Both the position numbers and the translations under genes were made by a program. A DNA stretch of 32,000 nucleotides from an uncultured Methanosarcinales archaeon (GTDB taxonomy: Archaea > Nanobdellota > Nanobdellia > Woesearchaeales > CAZPJY01): positions 1 through 32,000 of the forward strand of contig CAZPJY010000014.1 in assembly GCA_964587045.1 (NCBI GenBank), given 5' to 3'. Of this stretch, positions 14,789-22,518 are shown one piece after another; position 1 is the stretch's first letter, and every line of letters starts with the position of its first letter. Below the pieces are notes generated by a model that saw only the letters and a list, made by a program, of their open reading frames with translations, searched no databases and was not told where the DNA came from.

Positions 14789-15787
14789 TTACTTGGCCTC
14801 GGCATCGCGAGGGTCGTAGATCTCCCCGACGATCTCTTCCATCATGTCTTCCATCGTGATTATGCCCATTGATGTGCGTTTGGCTTTCACCACGGCCATG
14901 GAATCGCCCTGGCTCTGGAGCTCCTGGATCAGCGCGCCGATGCTCTTGCCCTCGCTCACAGTCACTAGCGGGCGTATGAGGTTCCTCCAGTCAGACTCAT
15001 CCTTGGAGTAAAGCATGTCGAAGATGTTGAGGAAGCCGATTATGTTCCTAGGGTTCCTGTTCCAGACCGGGTACCTGGTGAATCCGGATTTCGCAGCCAT
15101 CTTGAGCACATCCTGCCTTTTGGCCTTCATGCTGACGGACTTGACCTTCGAGATGGGAATCATGACTTTCCTCACCTTGGTCTCAGAGAACTGGAAGATG
15201 GAATGTATCATATCCTTTTCGTGGGCCTCAAGCACGCCTTCCTTTTCACCCTCAACCACCAGTAGCCTAAGCTCCTCCTTGGTCAGGAAGACGCTCTTTC
15301 CCGTCCTCTTGACCCCCAGCATCCAGGTGATGGCTTTCGATATGCTGCTCGTAACTATTATCACGGGCCAGAACAGGTAGATGAAGAGTCGCAACACCCG
15401 GGAAAGAGAGCGCACCATCAGAGAAGCCCGCATCCTGAACAGGGTCTTGGGCAGGATCTCGCCGAACACCAGGATTATGATGGTTACGACTACAGTCGCA
15501 ACGCTTGCGCCGTAGCTGCCCAGAAGCGAGACGAACATGAGCGTGGCAAAGGATGTGGCAGCAACATTTGAGAGGTTGGTTCCGACCAGCATGGCTGAGA
15601 GCACCCTGTCAGGGTTGTCCAGCATCCTGATCACCCTCCTTGCGTTGGGGTTGCCTTCCTCTGCCAGATGCCTCAGGCGTATCCTGTTGACCGCGGTGAG
15701 GCCTGTTTCGCTTCCTGAGAAGAATGCGCTTAAGAACAGAGCGAGGACGAAGCCGGACACGGTCCAGATGCTGAACGGCTCGATCAT
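14789..15787 (-). CDS. CNNM/CorC-type transporter-like protein: DUF21 membrane domain plus CBS pair, with no CorC_HlyC tail
   Basis: 332 aa. The N-terminal FFSGSETGLTAVNRIRLRHLAEEGN is the DUF21 signature, followed by a CBS pair. The protein ends right after ...MEDMMEEIVGEIYD. Confidence 0.8.
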   Translation of the reverse strand: MIEPFSIWTVSGFVLALFLSAFFSGSETGLTAVNRIRLRHLAEEGNPNARRVIRMLDNPDRVLSAMLVGTNLSNVAATSFATLMFVSLLGSYGASVATVVVTIIILVFGEILPKTLFRMRASLMVRSLSRVLRLFIYLFWPVIIVTSSISKAITWMLGVKRTGKSVFLTKEELRLLVVEGEKEGVLEAHEKDMIHSIFQFSETKVRKVMIPISKVKSVSMKAKRQDVLKMAAKSGFTRYPVWNRNPRNIIGFLNIFDMLYSKDESDWRNLIRPLVTVSEGKSIGALIQELQSQGDSMAVVKAKRTSMGIITMEDMMEEIVGEIYDPRDAEAK

Positions 15788-17061
15788 ATTTTACCTCCCG
15801 AGGTCTTCCTGACCTTGCGTCTGGGTTGGGGCATCAAGTTCTTCCAGGGCCGTGTCTTGTCATTCAAGAGGACTGATACTATGCGTTTCTTCCTCACCAG
15901 CTCCACCCTGAGCTTCCTCGCCTTGAATTTCACGGTGTCGCCTTTTGTCGGCAGGCGGCCCAGCTTGTGCATGATGAAGCCTGCCACGGTGTCGTAGTCG
16001 CCTTCAGGGATTTCAGCACCGAGCTCGTCATTGGCCTCATCGATGAGCAGCGCGCCTGACATCCTGACCGTAGACGGGTTGATTACCTTGAAAGCCTCCT
16101 CAGGCTTTTCGTACTCGTCGCGGATCTCGCCGAAAATCTCTTCCAGCACGTCTTCCAGGGTGACCAGGCCGGCGGTCCCGCCGAACTCGTCCACTACGAC
16201 TGCCATCTTCCTTCGTTCCTTCTGGAAGGTTCTGAGCATGCGGGAGATGCCGATGACCTCAGGCACCAGAAGGGGTTTTTTCACGTACTCAGAAGCAGGC
16301 AGCCCCAGGAGCAGCGGCTTGGTGTGGACTACACCCTCCACCCTGTCTATGTCCTCCCCTATGAGGGGCATCTTCGAGTGCTTGGCCTGAATGGCGGTGA
16401 CTGTCATCTCAGTCGAGCTCATAGACGTGTTGAGGCTTTTCATGTCTACCCTGGGAGTCATGATGTCCTTGACTACTGTATCCGAGAACTCGAGGACGTT
16501 GGTTATCATCTCCTTCTCTTCCTCGTCGAGGACGCCGTCGTGCTGACCTATCTTGATAAGGGTTCTCAGCTCGTCCTCAGTCACTATCTTTTCCTTCTTG
16601 GGCTTGAAATTCTTCAGCATCTTCTCAGTCAGGTTCTCGAGGACGATGATGAATGGGTAGGCGATTATTGCAAAGTAGTGCAGTGGGTAGATCTCGATAA
16701 TAGCGAAGCGTTCAGCGTTCTCGATGGCTATGACCTTTGGTGTGATCTCGCCCAGGATGAGCAGCAGGAGAGTTATCACGCCGATTGCGATGCCGAGTCC
16801 TGCGTCACCGAAAACCCTGATCGCGATGCTGGTCGCAAGAGCTGATGTTGCGACGTTGATTAGCGTGTTGCCGAGGAGTATCGTGACGAGGGTCCGGGTC
16901 GGCTTTTCCATCATGTCAGAGATCATCTTGCCGGCGATTGGATGTTTCTTCCTGAGCCTGATGATTCTGATCTTCGATAGTGAGAACAGCGCAGTCTCTG
17001 TTGATGAGAAGAATGCAGACAGGAAAAAAAGTATGATGAATGCGACGACCTGTCCGATCAC
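15784..17061 (-). CDS. CNNM/CorC-type transporter-like protein: DUF21 + CBS pair + CorC_HlyC transporter-associated domain
   Basis: 425 aa with a GTG start. FFSSTETALFSLSKIRIIRLRKK is the DUF21 signature, followed by a CBS pair. LEDVLEEIFGEIRDEYE is followed by a C-terminal domain ...DYDTVAGFIMHKLGRLPTKGDTV. The stop overlaps the start of the downstream paralog (15784-15787). Confidence 0.85.
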   Translation of the reverse strand: MIGQVVAFIILFFLSAFFSSTETALFSLSKIRIIRLRKKHPIAGKMISDMMEKPTRTLVTILLGNTLINVATSALATSIAIRVFGDAGLGIAIGVITLLLLILGEITPKVIAIENAERFAIIEIYPLHYFAIIAYPFIIVLENLTEKMLKNFKPKKEKIVTEDELRTLIKIGQHDGVLDEEEKEMITNVLEFSDTVVKDIMTPRVDMKSLNTSMSSTEMTVTAIQAKHSKMPLIGEDIDRVEGVVHTKPLLLGLPASEYVKKPLLVPEVIGISRMLRTFQKERRKMAVVVDEFGGTAGLVTLEDVLEEIFGEIRDEYEKPEEAFKVINPSTVRMSGALLIDEANDELGAEIPEGDYDTVAGFIMHKLGRLPTKGDTVKFKARKLRVELVRKKRIVSVLLNDKTRPWKNLMPQPRRKVRKTSGGKI

Positions 17062-17111
17062 GCTGATGATACCCCTTTATGTGTGAACGATGCCATTCTA
17101 TTTAAAATTTT

Positions 17112-18845
17112 TCACATCTTCCTCGGCGCATCTATGCCCATCAGGCCCAGACCATCTGCTAGGACCTTCCTTGTGGCAACACACAAGGTCATCCTCGCTT
17201 TCATCACTTCATCCTTCTCCTTGAGGACCGGGCAGGCGTGGTAGAATTCGCTGAAGGTCTGTGCTAGCGCTATCAGGTAGTTTGCAATGTTCTGCGGTCT
17301 GTATCCTGAGGCAGCCGCCCTTACCGTGCCCGGGAAGGCGCTGATCATCCTTGCTAGCTTGAACTCCGATTCGTGGTGGCAGGAGATTTTGTTTGCGGGC
17401 TTGAAGTCTTTTCCGTGCATCTCATTGTATTTCTCCTCTATCGAGCAGATGCGCGCGTGTGCGTACTGGAGGTAAGGTCCGGTTTCACCTTCGAAGTCGA
17501 GCGCTTTTTCGAGGTTGAATATCATGGACTTGTATGAATCTATGCTGAGCATCGAGAATTTGATACCTGCTAGCGCGATGGAGCGGGCTGCCTTTTCTAC
17601 CTGTTCTTCTCCCCAGTCCTCATGGCGCTTTTTCACCTCTTTGGCAGCAGTTTCTATGACGTCTCCCACGAAGTCTTCTGCCAGGATCAGCTCTCCTTCG
17701 CGGCTCGAAATCTTGCCGCCCTCCAGCATCACAAGATCATAGGGCAGGTGGTAGCATTTTTTTGCCTGCTTGAAGCCCATCAGCTCGAGCGTCTTGAACA
17801 GCTGCTGGAAGTAGAGCTTCTGCTCGCTTCCGACGACGTAGACAGACCTGTCTATTTTGTACTCCTCGAACTTGACTTTCGCAAGCGCCAGGTCCTTGGT
17901 TGAGTAAAGGGCCGTCCCGTCGCTTTTCAGGAGCAGCCAGGTGCCCAGCTTGTACTTCTCAAGGTCGATTACCAGCGCGCCTTCGCTCGTTTCAGCCAGG
18001 CCTTTTTCCTTGAGGGACTCGACGATGTCCTTTCCGGGCTTTTCCATCTGGCTCTCGAAGAAGTAGACGTCGAACTTGACGCCAATCAGCTTGTACAGGT
18101 CCTCGAAGTCGTCGAGTGACCACTGCCTGGTCTGCTTCCACAGCTTGGTGAGCTCGGAATCCCCGCTCTCAAGTTTCTGGAGCACCACTGATACTTCCTT
18201 TTTATACTTCTCTTGCTTTTCCCCTGTTGCATTGCCGATCATGGCATTGGCTTTCTGGTAGATCTGTCCCAGCCATCTTCCTCTCTTGCTTTTAGGATAC
18301 TCGCCCTTGTGGTGTTTGGTGAGGTACCAGATGCATTTGGCCACGTGCGCTCCGATGTCGCCTTGGTAGTTGGCAGAGATCACTGTGAAGCCCGCAAACC
18401 TCAGCAGCTTTATGAGGGAAGAGCCGAGCAGCGTGCCCCTGAGGTGTCCCACGTGGAACGCCTTGTGCGTGTTCACCTGGCTGTACTCCACCATGACCTT
18501 TTCGTCCTCCTTGCCTGTGCCGAAACCCTCCTTGAGTGCTGATTTCACAGTCTCGTTGGCGAAGCGGTCCCGATTTACGAAGAAGTTGAGATATCCGCCC
18601 ATGACCTCAATGCGTTCGATGAGCGGCTCTCCGGACACGTCGATCTTTTTGTTGAGCGATTCAGCTATGCGCTGCGGGCTGTCCTTCTTCTGCTGGGCAT
18701 ACCTAAAGCAAGGAAGGGCGTAGTCTCCCAGGCTCAAGTCAGGAGGAATCTCCAAGGGTACTTCTGCGAGGGACGGGTCAGCTGAGCTGATCAGGTTCCA
18801 TATGGCCTTTTCGAAGAGCTCCATGCACTTTTCAGTGAATGGCAT
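17112..18845 (-). CDS. argS: Arginyl-tRNA synthetase
   Basis: 577 aa. HIGH-type motif NTHKAFHVGHLRG, ISSREG (the KMSK-equivalent region), a DALR-type C-terminal domain, and a terminal ...GIDAPRKM. An alternative leaderless start is at ATG 18824 (MELFEK...), given TTATATAA at 18851-18858. Confidence 0.95.
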   Translation of the reverse strand: MPFTEKCMELFEKAIWNLISSADPSLAEVPLEIPPDLSLGDYALPCFRYAQQKKDSPQRIAESLNKKIDVSGEPLIERIEVMGGYLNFFVNRDRFANETVKSALKEGFGTGKEDEKVMVEYSQVNTHKAFHVGHLRGTLLGSSLIKLLRFAGFTVISANYQGDIGAHVAKCIWYLTKHHKGEYPKSKRGRWLGQIYQKANAMIGNATGEKQEKYKKEVSVVLQKLESGDSELTKLWKQTRQWSLDDFEDLYKLIGVKFDVYFFESQMEKPGKDIVESLKEKGLAETSEGALVIDLEKYKLGTWLLLKSDGTALYSTKDLALAKVKFEEYKIDRSVYVVGSEQKLYFQQLFKTLELMGFKQAKKCYHLPYDLVMLEGGKISSREGELILAEDFVGDVIETAAKEVKKRHEDWGEEQVEKAARSIALAGIKFSMLSIDSYKSMIFNLEKALDFEGETGPYLQYAHARICSIEEKYNEMHGKDFKPANKISCHHESEFKLARMISAFPGTVRAAASGYRPQNIANYLIALAQTFSEFYHACPVLKEKDEVMKARMTLCVATRKVLADGLGLMGIDAPRKM

Positions 18846-18934
18846 TCCTTTTATATAACTATTGCCGGCAACGACCGCAATATTTAATCACAAATGCGAA
18901 ATATTTATATATTAATATACTTATTTGTATATTG

Positions 18935-19042
18935 ATGAGACTAGAGCAGCTATATACCATCAAGAAAGCGAAGAGGCAGCGAGTAAAAGCCTTCATGCGC
19001 GAGCTTGAGGACAGGCATTACAGCAACATGGGTGGGCGCTGA
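18935..19042 (+). CDS. Possible 35-aa basic mini-protein
   Basis: ATG 18935 lies 23 nt after TTTATATA (18904-18911). Translation: MRLEQLYTIKKAKRQRVKAFMRELEDRHYSNMGGR. The stop overlaps the next ATG (TGATG). There is no homology evidence. Confidence 0.25.
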   Translation: MRLEQLYTIKKAKRQRVKAFMRELEDRHYSNMGGR

Positions 19043-19155
19043 TGCAGACAGAGCTCTCGAACTGGATCAACACTCACCAGATAGTTCTAAATCCTGAGAC
19101 CATCCGGAAAGTAAAGGAGCTCCGGATGAGAGGGATAAGGCGAAGAACCAGATAG
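19042..19155 (+). CDS. Possible 37-aa basic mini-protein
   Basis: Translation: MQTELSNWINTHQIVLNPETIRKVKELRMRGIRRRTR. It appears translationally coupled to the preceding mini-ORF. It falls below the ORF-track size cutoff. Confidence 0.2.
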   Translation: MQTELSNWINTHQIVLNPETIRKVKELRMRGIRRRTR

Positions 19156-19186
19156 GAATACCTATGAGAGAATCAGCTTACCTGAC

Positions 19187-19381
19187 CTAAGAGGAATCTT
19201 TTGACTCATCAGTGGATGACTCTTCGTCTTCCTTCTCCTCGTCGGCGGCTTGGTCATAGCCGATGAGGAAAGCCTCCTCCTCCGGCTCTATCATATCGTT
19301 GTCAAGCCATTCCTCGGTCGTGTCGGCATCGACCTCAGCGTGGGCGTCGTCGTATGCCTCCTCGTCGTACTCTTCATCCAT
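19187..19381 (-). CDS. Extremely acidic 64-aa protein
   Basis: MDEEYDEEAYDDAHAEVDADTTEEWLDNDMIEPEEEAFLIGYDQAADEEKEDEESSTDESKDSS is about half Asp/Glu. The gene starts 5 nt after the stop of the upstream coiled-coil gene. Confidence 0.5.
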   Translation of the reverse strand: MDEEYDEEAYDDAHAEVDADTTEEWLDNDMIEPEEEAFLIGYDQAADEEKEDEESSTDESKDSS

Positions 19382-19386
19382 AGGGC

Positions 19387-19596
19387 CTACTTTTCGCTTT
19401 TTTCTTTAAATACTTTTTCTTTTTTCAAGCCAGCGACGACAGACTCCCATTTCAGGCTCTCATCCCTCTGCTTTATGGCCGTCCTCATCAGCAGCTCGTT
19501 TTCGGCGCGGAGCTTGTCTATCATCTCATCCTTCCTTTTCAGCTCATCATGGAGGACCGAGACTTCACGCTTGTAATCCGCGAGCTTTTTTGCCAT
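19387..19596 (-). CDS. Small coiled-coil protein (69 aa)
   Basis: MAKKLADYKREVSVLHDELKRKDEMIDKLRAENELLMRTAIKQRDESLKWESVVAGLKKEK has heptad-like charge and hydrophobic periodicity. ATG 19596 is preceded by GGTGGGTG; GTG 19599 is an alternative. Confidence 0.5.
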   Translation of the reverse strand: MAKKLADYKREVSVLHDELKRKDEMIDKLRAENELLMRTAIKQRDESLKWESVVAGLKKEKVFKEKSEK

Positions 19597-19778
19597 CACC
19601 CACCTTTTTCAGCGCTCACGTATTTAATTCTTTCCTACAGTAATAAATTACTCACATTTTTCGTATATCAGTCTAATATTTTGTGACCTGCTCTGGTCGG
19701 TATAATAGAAAATTATTTATATGCCACTCGCACAAATAGACACAATCAAGTTTGCATTGGAAAAGGAGGTTGATATGA

Positions 19779-20024
19779 GTGGCTGATGAAAAAAGTTTTT
19801 ATCCGGGCGCTTCGGTTGTCGCGTCTCTTCTTGGGCTCATCCTTGTGTTCTATACAGGACCGATAGGTGCAATCCTGGCGATAGTAGGCATCTACTTCGG
19901 CGGGGTGCAGCTGAACAAATTCGCGAAGGGACATGCTGAAGCAGGGATTGGTGGATCTCTAGGCGGTGTCATCATTGGAATAATAGCGCTGCTAATATTC
20001 GTATTCCTCGCCTACGGCATCTAA
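19779..20024 (+). CDS. Small two-TM membrane protein (81 aa, Gly-rich; DUF4190-like)
   Basis: The GTG start lies 9 nt after the SD GGAGGT (19765-19770). The two hydrophobic Gly-rich segments are ASVVASLLGLILVFYTGPIGAILAIVGIYFGG and GGSLGGVIIGIIALLIFVFLAYGI. Confidence 0.55.
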   Translation: MADEKSFYPGASVVASLLGLILVFYTGPIGAILAIVGIYFGGVQLNKFAKGHAEAGIGGSLGGVIIGIIALLIFVFLAYGI

Positions 20025-20050
20025 TTTATTTCCTCTTTCTTTCTTGCAAA

Positions 20051-20061
20051 ACTTTATATAC
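20051..20061 (+). promoter_or_regulatory. TATA box (ACTTTATATAC) for the 20085-22708 operon
   Basis: It has the same 11-mer as the lonB promoter (29091-29101). It ends 23 nt before ATG 20085. Confidence 0.45.
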
Positions 20062-20084
20062 TTCAACTACCCAGATGAGGCTTA

Positions 20085-20924
20085 ATGGCCGACGATTCGC
20101 TAGCTGACTTCATGAAAAAAGAGCTCATACGTTACGTAAAGAAGGAGGTAGACAAGGGACATCCCCTCTGGGCCATCAAAAGGAGTCTCATAGATGGCGG
20201 CCACCACAAGACTCTAATCGACGAATCAATAGACGCGCTGAAGAAGAACGACTTCGACGTCGAGAAAGCTTTGGAGGAGCCGGCAGCAACCTCCCTCACA
20301 GAAGACCTTAGATACGACGTGCACGAGGCCCTGAAGAAATACATCAAACACCAGCACGAAAACGGCTACACTTTGTCGGAGATAAAGGAGATACTCACCC
20401 ATTATGGCCATGTCAAGGAGGACATCAACAAGGCGATCGAAGCAGTGGCCGACCACGAAGAGCCCAGGCGCCACCACCCAAAGCACGACGAAGCGCTTGG
20501 CATAACAAAACTGGTCGTCTACGGCGGGGTGATAACCACCCTCATCATCCTGCTGTTTTTCGTCAGCGTCTCAGCGGGTGAGGACATATACCTCATAATC
20601 GTCGGGTTCTTCCCAACTATCATCACAGTCCTGTTCGCATCTTACATGATGAGCAGGCTAGAAGAGGAGAAGAGGTCAGTCGTCTGGGCTGTGCCGCTCA
20701 TACTCGCAGCCCTGCTCTACATCGCAGGCATGAACCGCGGCAGCAGCCTTTTCTCTGCTATGGATACCGAACGCCTCGCGATCATCAATCTCATCATCTC
20801 GCTAATCTATGTTGCTTACATCAATCGCATTCCCCCTCCTGAGGGCACAACAGGGGGGCGCAGTGAGAAAGGGGGTGTCTCAGAAGCGCCGCAACAGACA
20901 GAGAGTATCAAGTCTGCTGTATAA
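20085..20924 (+). CDS. Membrane protein with a duplicated cytoplasmic helical module and about 4 TM segments
   Basis: 279 aa. Residues 14-52 (LIRYVKKEVDKGHPLWAIKRSLIDGGHHKTLIDESIDAL) and 83-121 (LKKYIKHQHENGYTLSEIKEILTHYGHVKEDINKAIEAV) align without gaps. Hydrophobic segments then run from about residue 140 to 250. Confidence 0.6.
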   Translation: MADDSLADFMKKELIRYVKKEVDKGHPLWAIKRSLIDGGHHKTLIDESIDALKKNDFDVEKALEEPAATSLTEDLRYDVHEALKKYIKHQHENGYTLSEIKEILTHYGHVKEDINKAIEAVADHEEPRRHHPKHDEALGITKLVVYGGVITTLIILLFFVSVSAGEDIYLIIVGFFPTIITVLFASYMMSRLEEEKRSVVWAVPLILAALLYIAGMNRGSSLFSAMDTERLAIINLIISLIYVAYINRIPPPEGTTGGRSEKGGVSEAPQQTESIKSAV

Positions 20925-21121
20925 TGGGACAAAGAGACGTGTATGAGTTTCTCAAGGCGAACGAGGGCTCGTGGTTTTGCGCGGGAGACCTCTGCGAGAA
21001 GCTAGGTGTCACCATCGGCGCGGTGACCGCGAGTCTGAGGAAACTCAGACGGTTCCGGGAGGTCCGGAGCAGGCGTGACGGTCGCAAGACCTATTTTAGC
21101 TATACGAGGCAGGACGCATGA
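20924..21121 (+). CDS. Small winged-helix DNA-binding protein (65 aa)
   Basis: VYEFLKANEGSWFCAGDLCEKLGVTIGAVTASLRKLRRFREVRSRRDGRKTYFSY fits the helix-turn-helix plus beta-wing pattern. The ATG overlaps the upstream TAA (TAATG). Confidence 0.55.
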   Translation: MGQRDVYEFLKANEGSWFCAGDLCEKLGVTIGAVTASLRKLRRFREVRSRRDGRKTYFSYTRQDA

Positions 21122-21897
21122 CGGCTGAAAAGGAGATCATCAGGAAGTGGCTCAACAGGAAAGGCTATGCCGTATTCTCAGACATTAACGCTGGACATAG
21201 AGTAATCGACCTCATCGCGATTAGGGGCAGCGAGGTGATCCATGTCGAGACCATGTGCTCCACTTCCTCTGTCGAGGTGAAGCCAAAGGAGATAGAGCGC
21301 AAGTTCACCGGGACTGCGAGGGAGGTCAACCGTATGATCAAGCAGCATGCGGGAGGGACTAAGGACTACCAGAAATGGCTTGTTATGAACAGGCCGGCAA
21401 TGCCTTTCAAGGGACCAAAAGGCATCAGGATTGTCAGGTTTGAGGAGGTCTTGCTCGAGGTGATGGATGAGCTCGACCGCCAAAACTACCGTGACCCGGT
21501 CATCAGAGGGCTGCAGCTGGTCAAGTTCCTCCTGATGTCAGATGGAGAATCCCTTGCCAAGCTCCTCATAAGCGATGGCAAGAACAAGGTGCAGAGTGCT
21601 CCTTCGCGGGACCAGTTCATCAAGGAGTACATGTCAAACTCGGAGAGCATCAAATCTCTTTCGAAGTACGATGCGATCCTCATCGCCGCTCTGGCACACT
21701 CGAGGCTTTCCATGCCAGAAAAGCTTGCAAAGGTGCTCATCACAGACATTCTGGGAACTAGGGGTAGGTACAAGTTCATGCGCGAGCTGCTAAACGACAA
21801 GCGCATGAGGGACAACCTTGAAAGGACCCTGTCCAAAAGGGAGCTCAAGGAGATAATCGAGAGGAAAGAGACAACGCTTGACAAGTTTATGAAGTGA
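21118..21897 (+). CDS. Protein with an N-terminal YraN/Hjc-like PD-(D/E)xK nuclease-fold domain and a helical C-terminal half
   Basis: 259 aa. AEKEIIRKWLNRKGYAVFSDINAGHRVIDLIAIRGSEVIHVETM parallels the YraN/UPF0102 pattern (aE..a..yL...Gy.il..N.r...gEiDlIa..g..lvfVEVK), but the final Lys is replaced by Met. The start overlaps the upstream stop as ATGA. Confidence 0.5.
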   Translation: MTAEKEIIRKWLNRKGYAVFSDINAGHRVIDLIAIRGSEVIHVETMCSTSSVEVKPKEIERKFTGTAREVNRMIKQHAGGTKDYQKWLVMNRPAMPFKGPKGIRIVRFEEVLLEVMDELDRQNYRDPVIRGLQLVKFLLMSDGESLAKLLISDGKNKVQSAPSRDQFIKEYMSNSESIKSLSKYDAILIAALAHSRLSMPEKLAKVLITDILGTRGRYKFMRELLNDKRMRDNLERTLSKRELKEIIERKETTLDKFMK

Positions 21898-21900
21898 AAG

Positions 21901-22518
21901 ATGGATGCTCCAATAGTCACCCATCCGCACGCATGCCCAATATGCGGAGGAACGGTAAAGGGAAACGATCAGTACAGTTATTACTGCAAGAGATGCAACC
22001 TTCTCTTCCAAAAGAGGCACCTAATTCTGATCCCTTCAAAACGCAGGAGCAAAGGTAACTACAAAAAGGACCTAGAGAGGATCAGGGAACTATTCAAGGA
22101 AGAGCATCCCGATGTCAAGGCACCTCAGGCGCCGATAAAGAGGCCGAAGGTCACGGCCATGGAGCAGAGGAAGCGTTTCAAATACCTGGCATCAAAGAAG
22201 TCAGATAAGTTCCACTTGAGCATCTGCCCGCACACGCACAGGATAAAGGAGGATAACCTTATCTTCTTTAGGACCGACGCGGATGCGAAGGCACACATGT
22301 ACAAGCCCGGACCGTGTGTCGCGAAGCCGGCGTCAGCTAGGCTAAAAGACACAATCGCAGAGAGCAAAGGATACAGGTATGCCCAGACCAAGGACTCAAA
22401 CGTCCTCCATGTGATAGGCTGCCCTTACATCAGGGACTCGAAGGATCTGAATTTTTTGAAGGAGAAAAAGAGGGGTATAAAGCACTGCAAGTGTATGGAG
22501 GCGAATCCGCATGCGTAA
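21901..22518 (+). CDS. Zinc-ribbon protein with two Ada-type metal-binding-like motifs
   Basis: 205 aa. The N-terminal ribbon is CPICGG-x13-CKRC. Next come KFHLSICPHTHRIKEDNLIFFRTDADAKAHMYKPGPC and VLHVIGCPYIRDSKDLNFLKEKKRGIKHCKC. These resemble the Ada Zn-binding pattern (H/Y-x3-C ... n..fF.s...A...Gy.pC..C). Confidence 0.55.
   Translation: MDAPIVTHPHACPICGGTVKGNDQYSYYCKRCNLLFQKRHLILIPSKRRSKGNYKKDLERIRELFKEEHPDVKAPQAPIKRPKVTAMEQRKRFKYLASKKSDKFHLSICPHTHRIKEDNLIFFRTDADAKAHMYKPGPCVAKPASARLKDTIAESKGYRYAQTKDSNVLHVIGCPYIRDSKDLNFLKEKKRGIKHCKCMEANPHA

Noticed and set aside
18846-18935. A replication origin suggested by the AT-rich stretch with the palindrome.
   Set aside because: No orc1/cdc6 gene is adjacent and I see no repeated ORB-like elements. 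The region is more simply explained as divergent promoters for argS and the mini-ORFs.
18931-19042. A C/D box sRNA: a TGATGA box at 18932-18937 and CTGA at 19039-19042.
   Set aside because: The boxes are about 100 nt apart, whereas archaeal C/D sRNAs are about 50-70 nt. There are no convincing internal D'/C' boxes and no terminal stem, and the stretch has coding potential instead.
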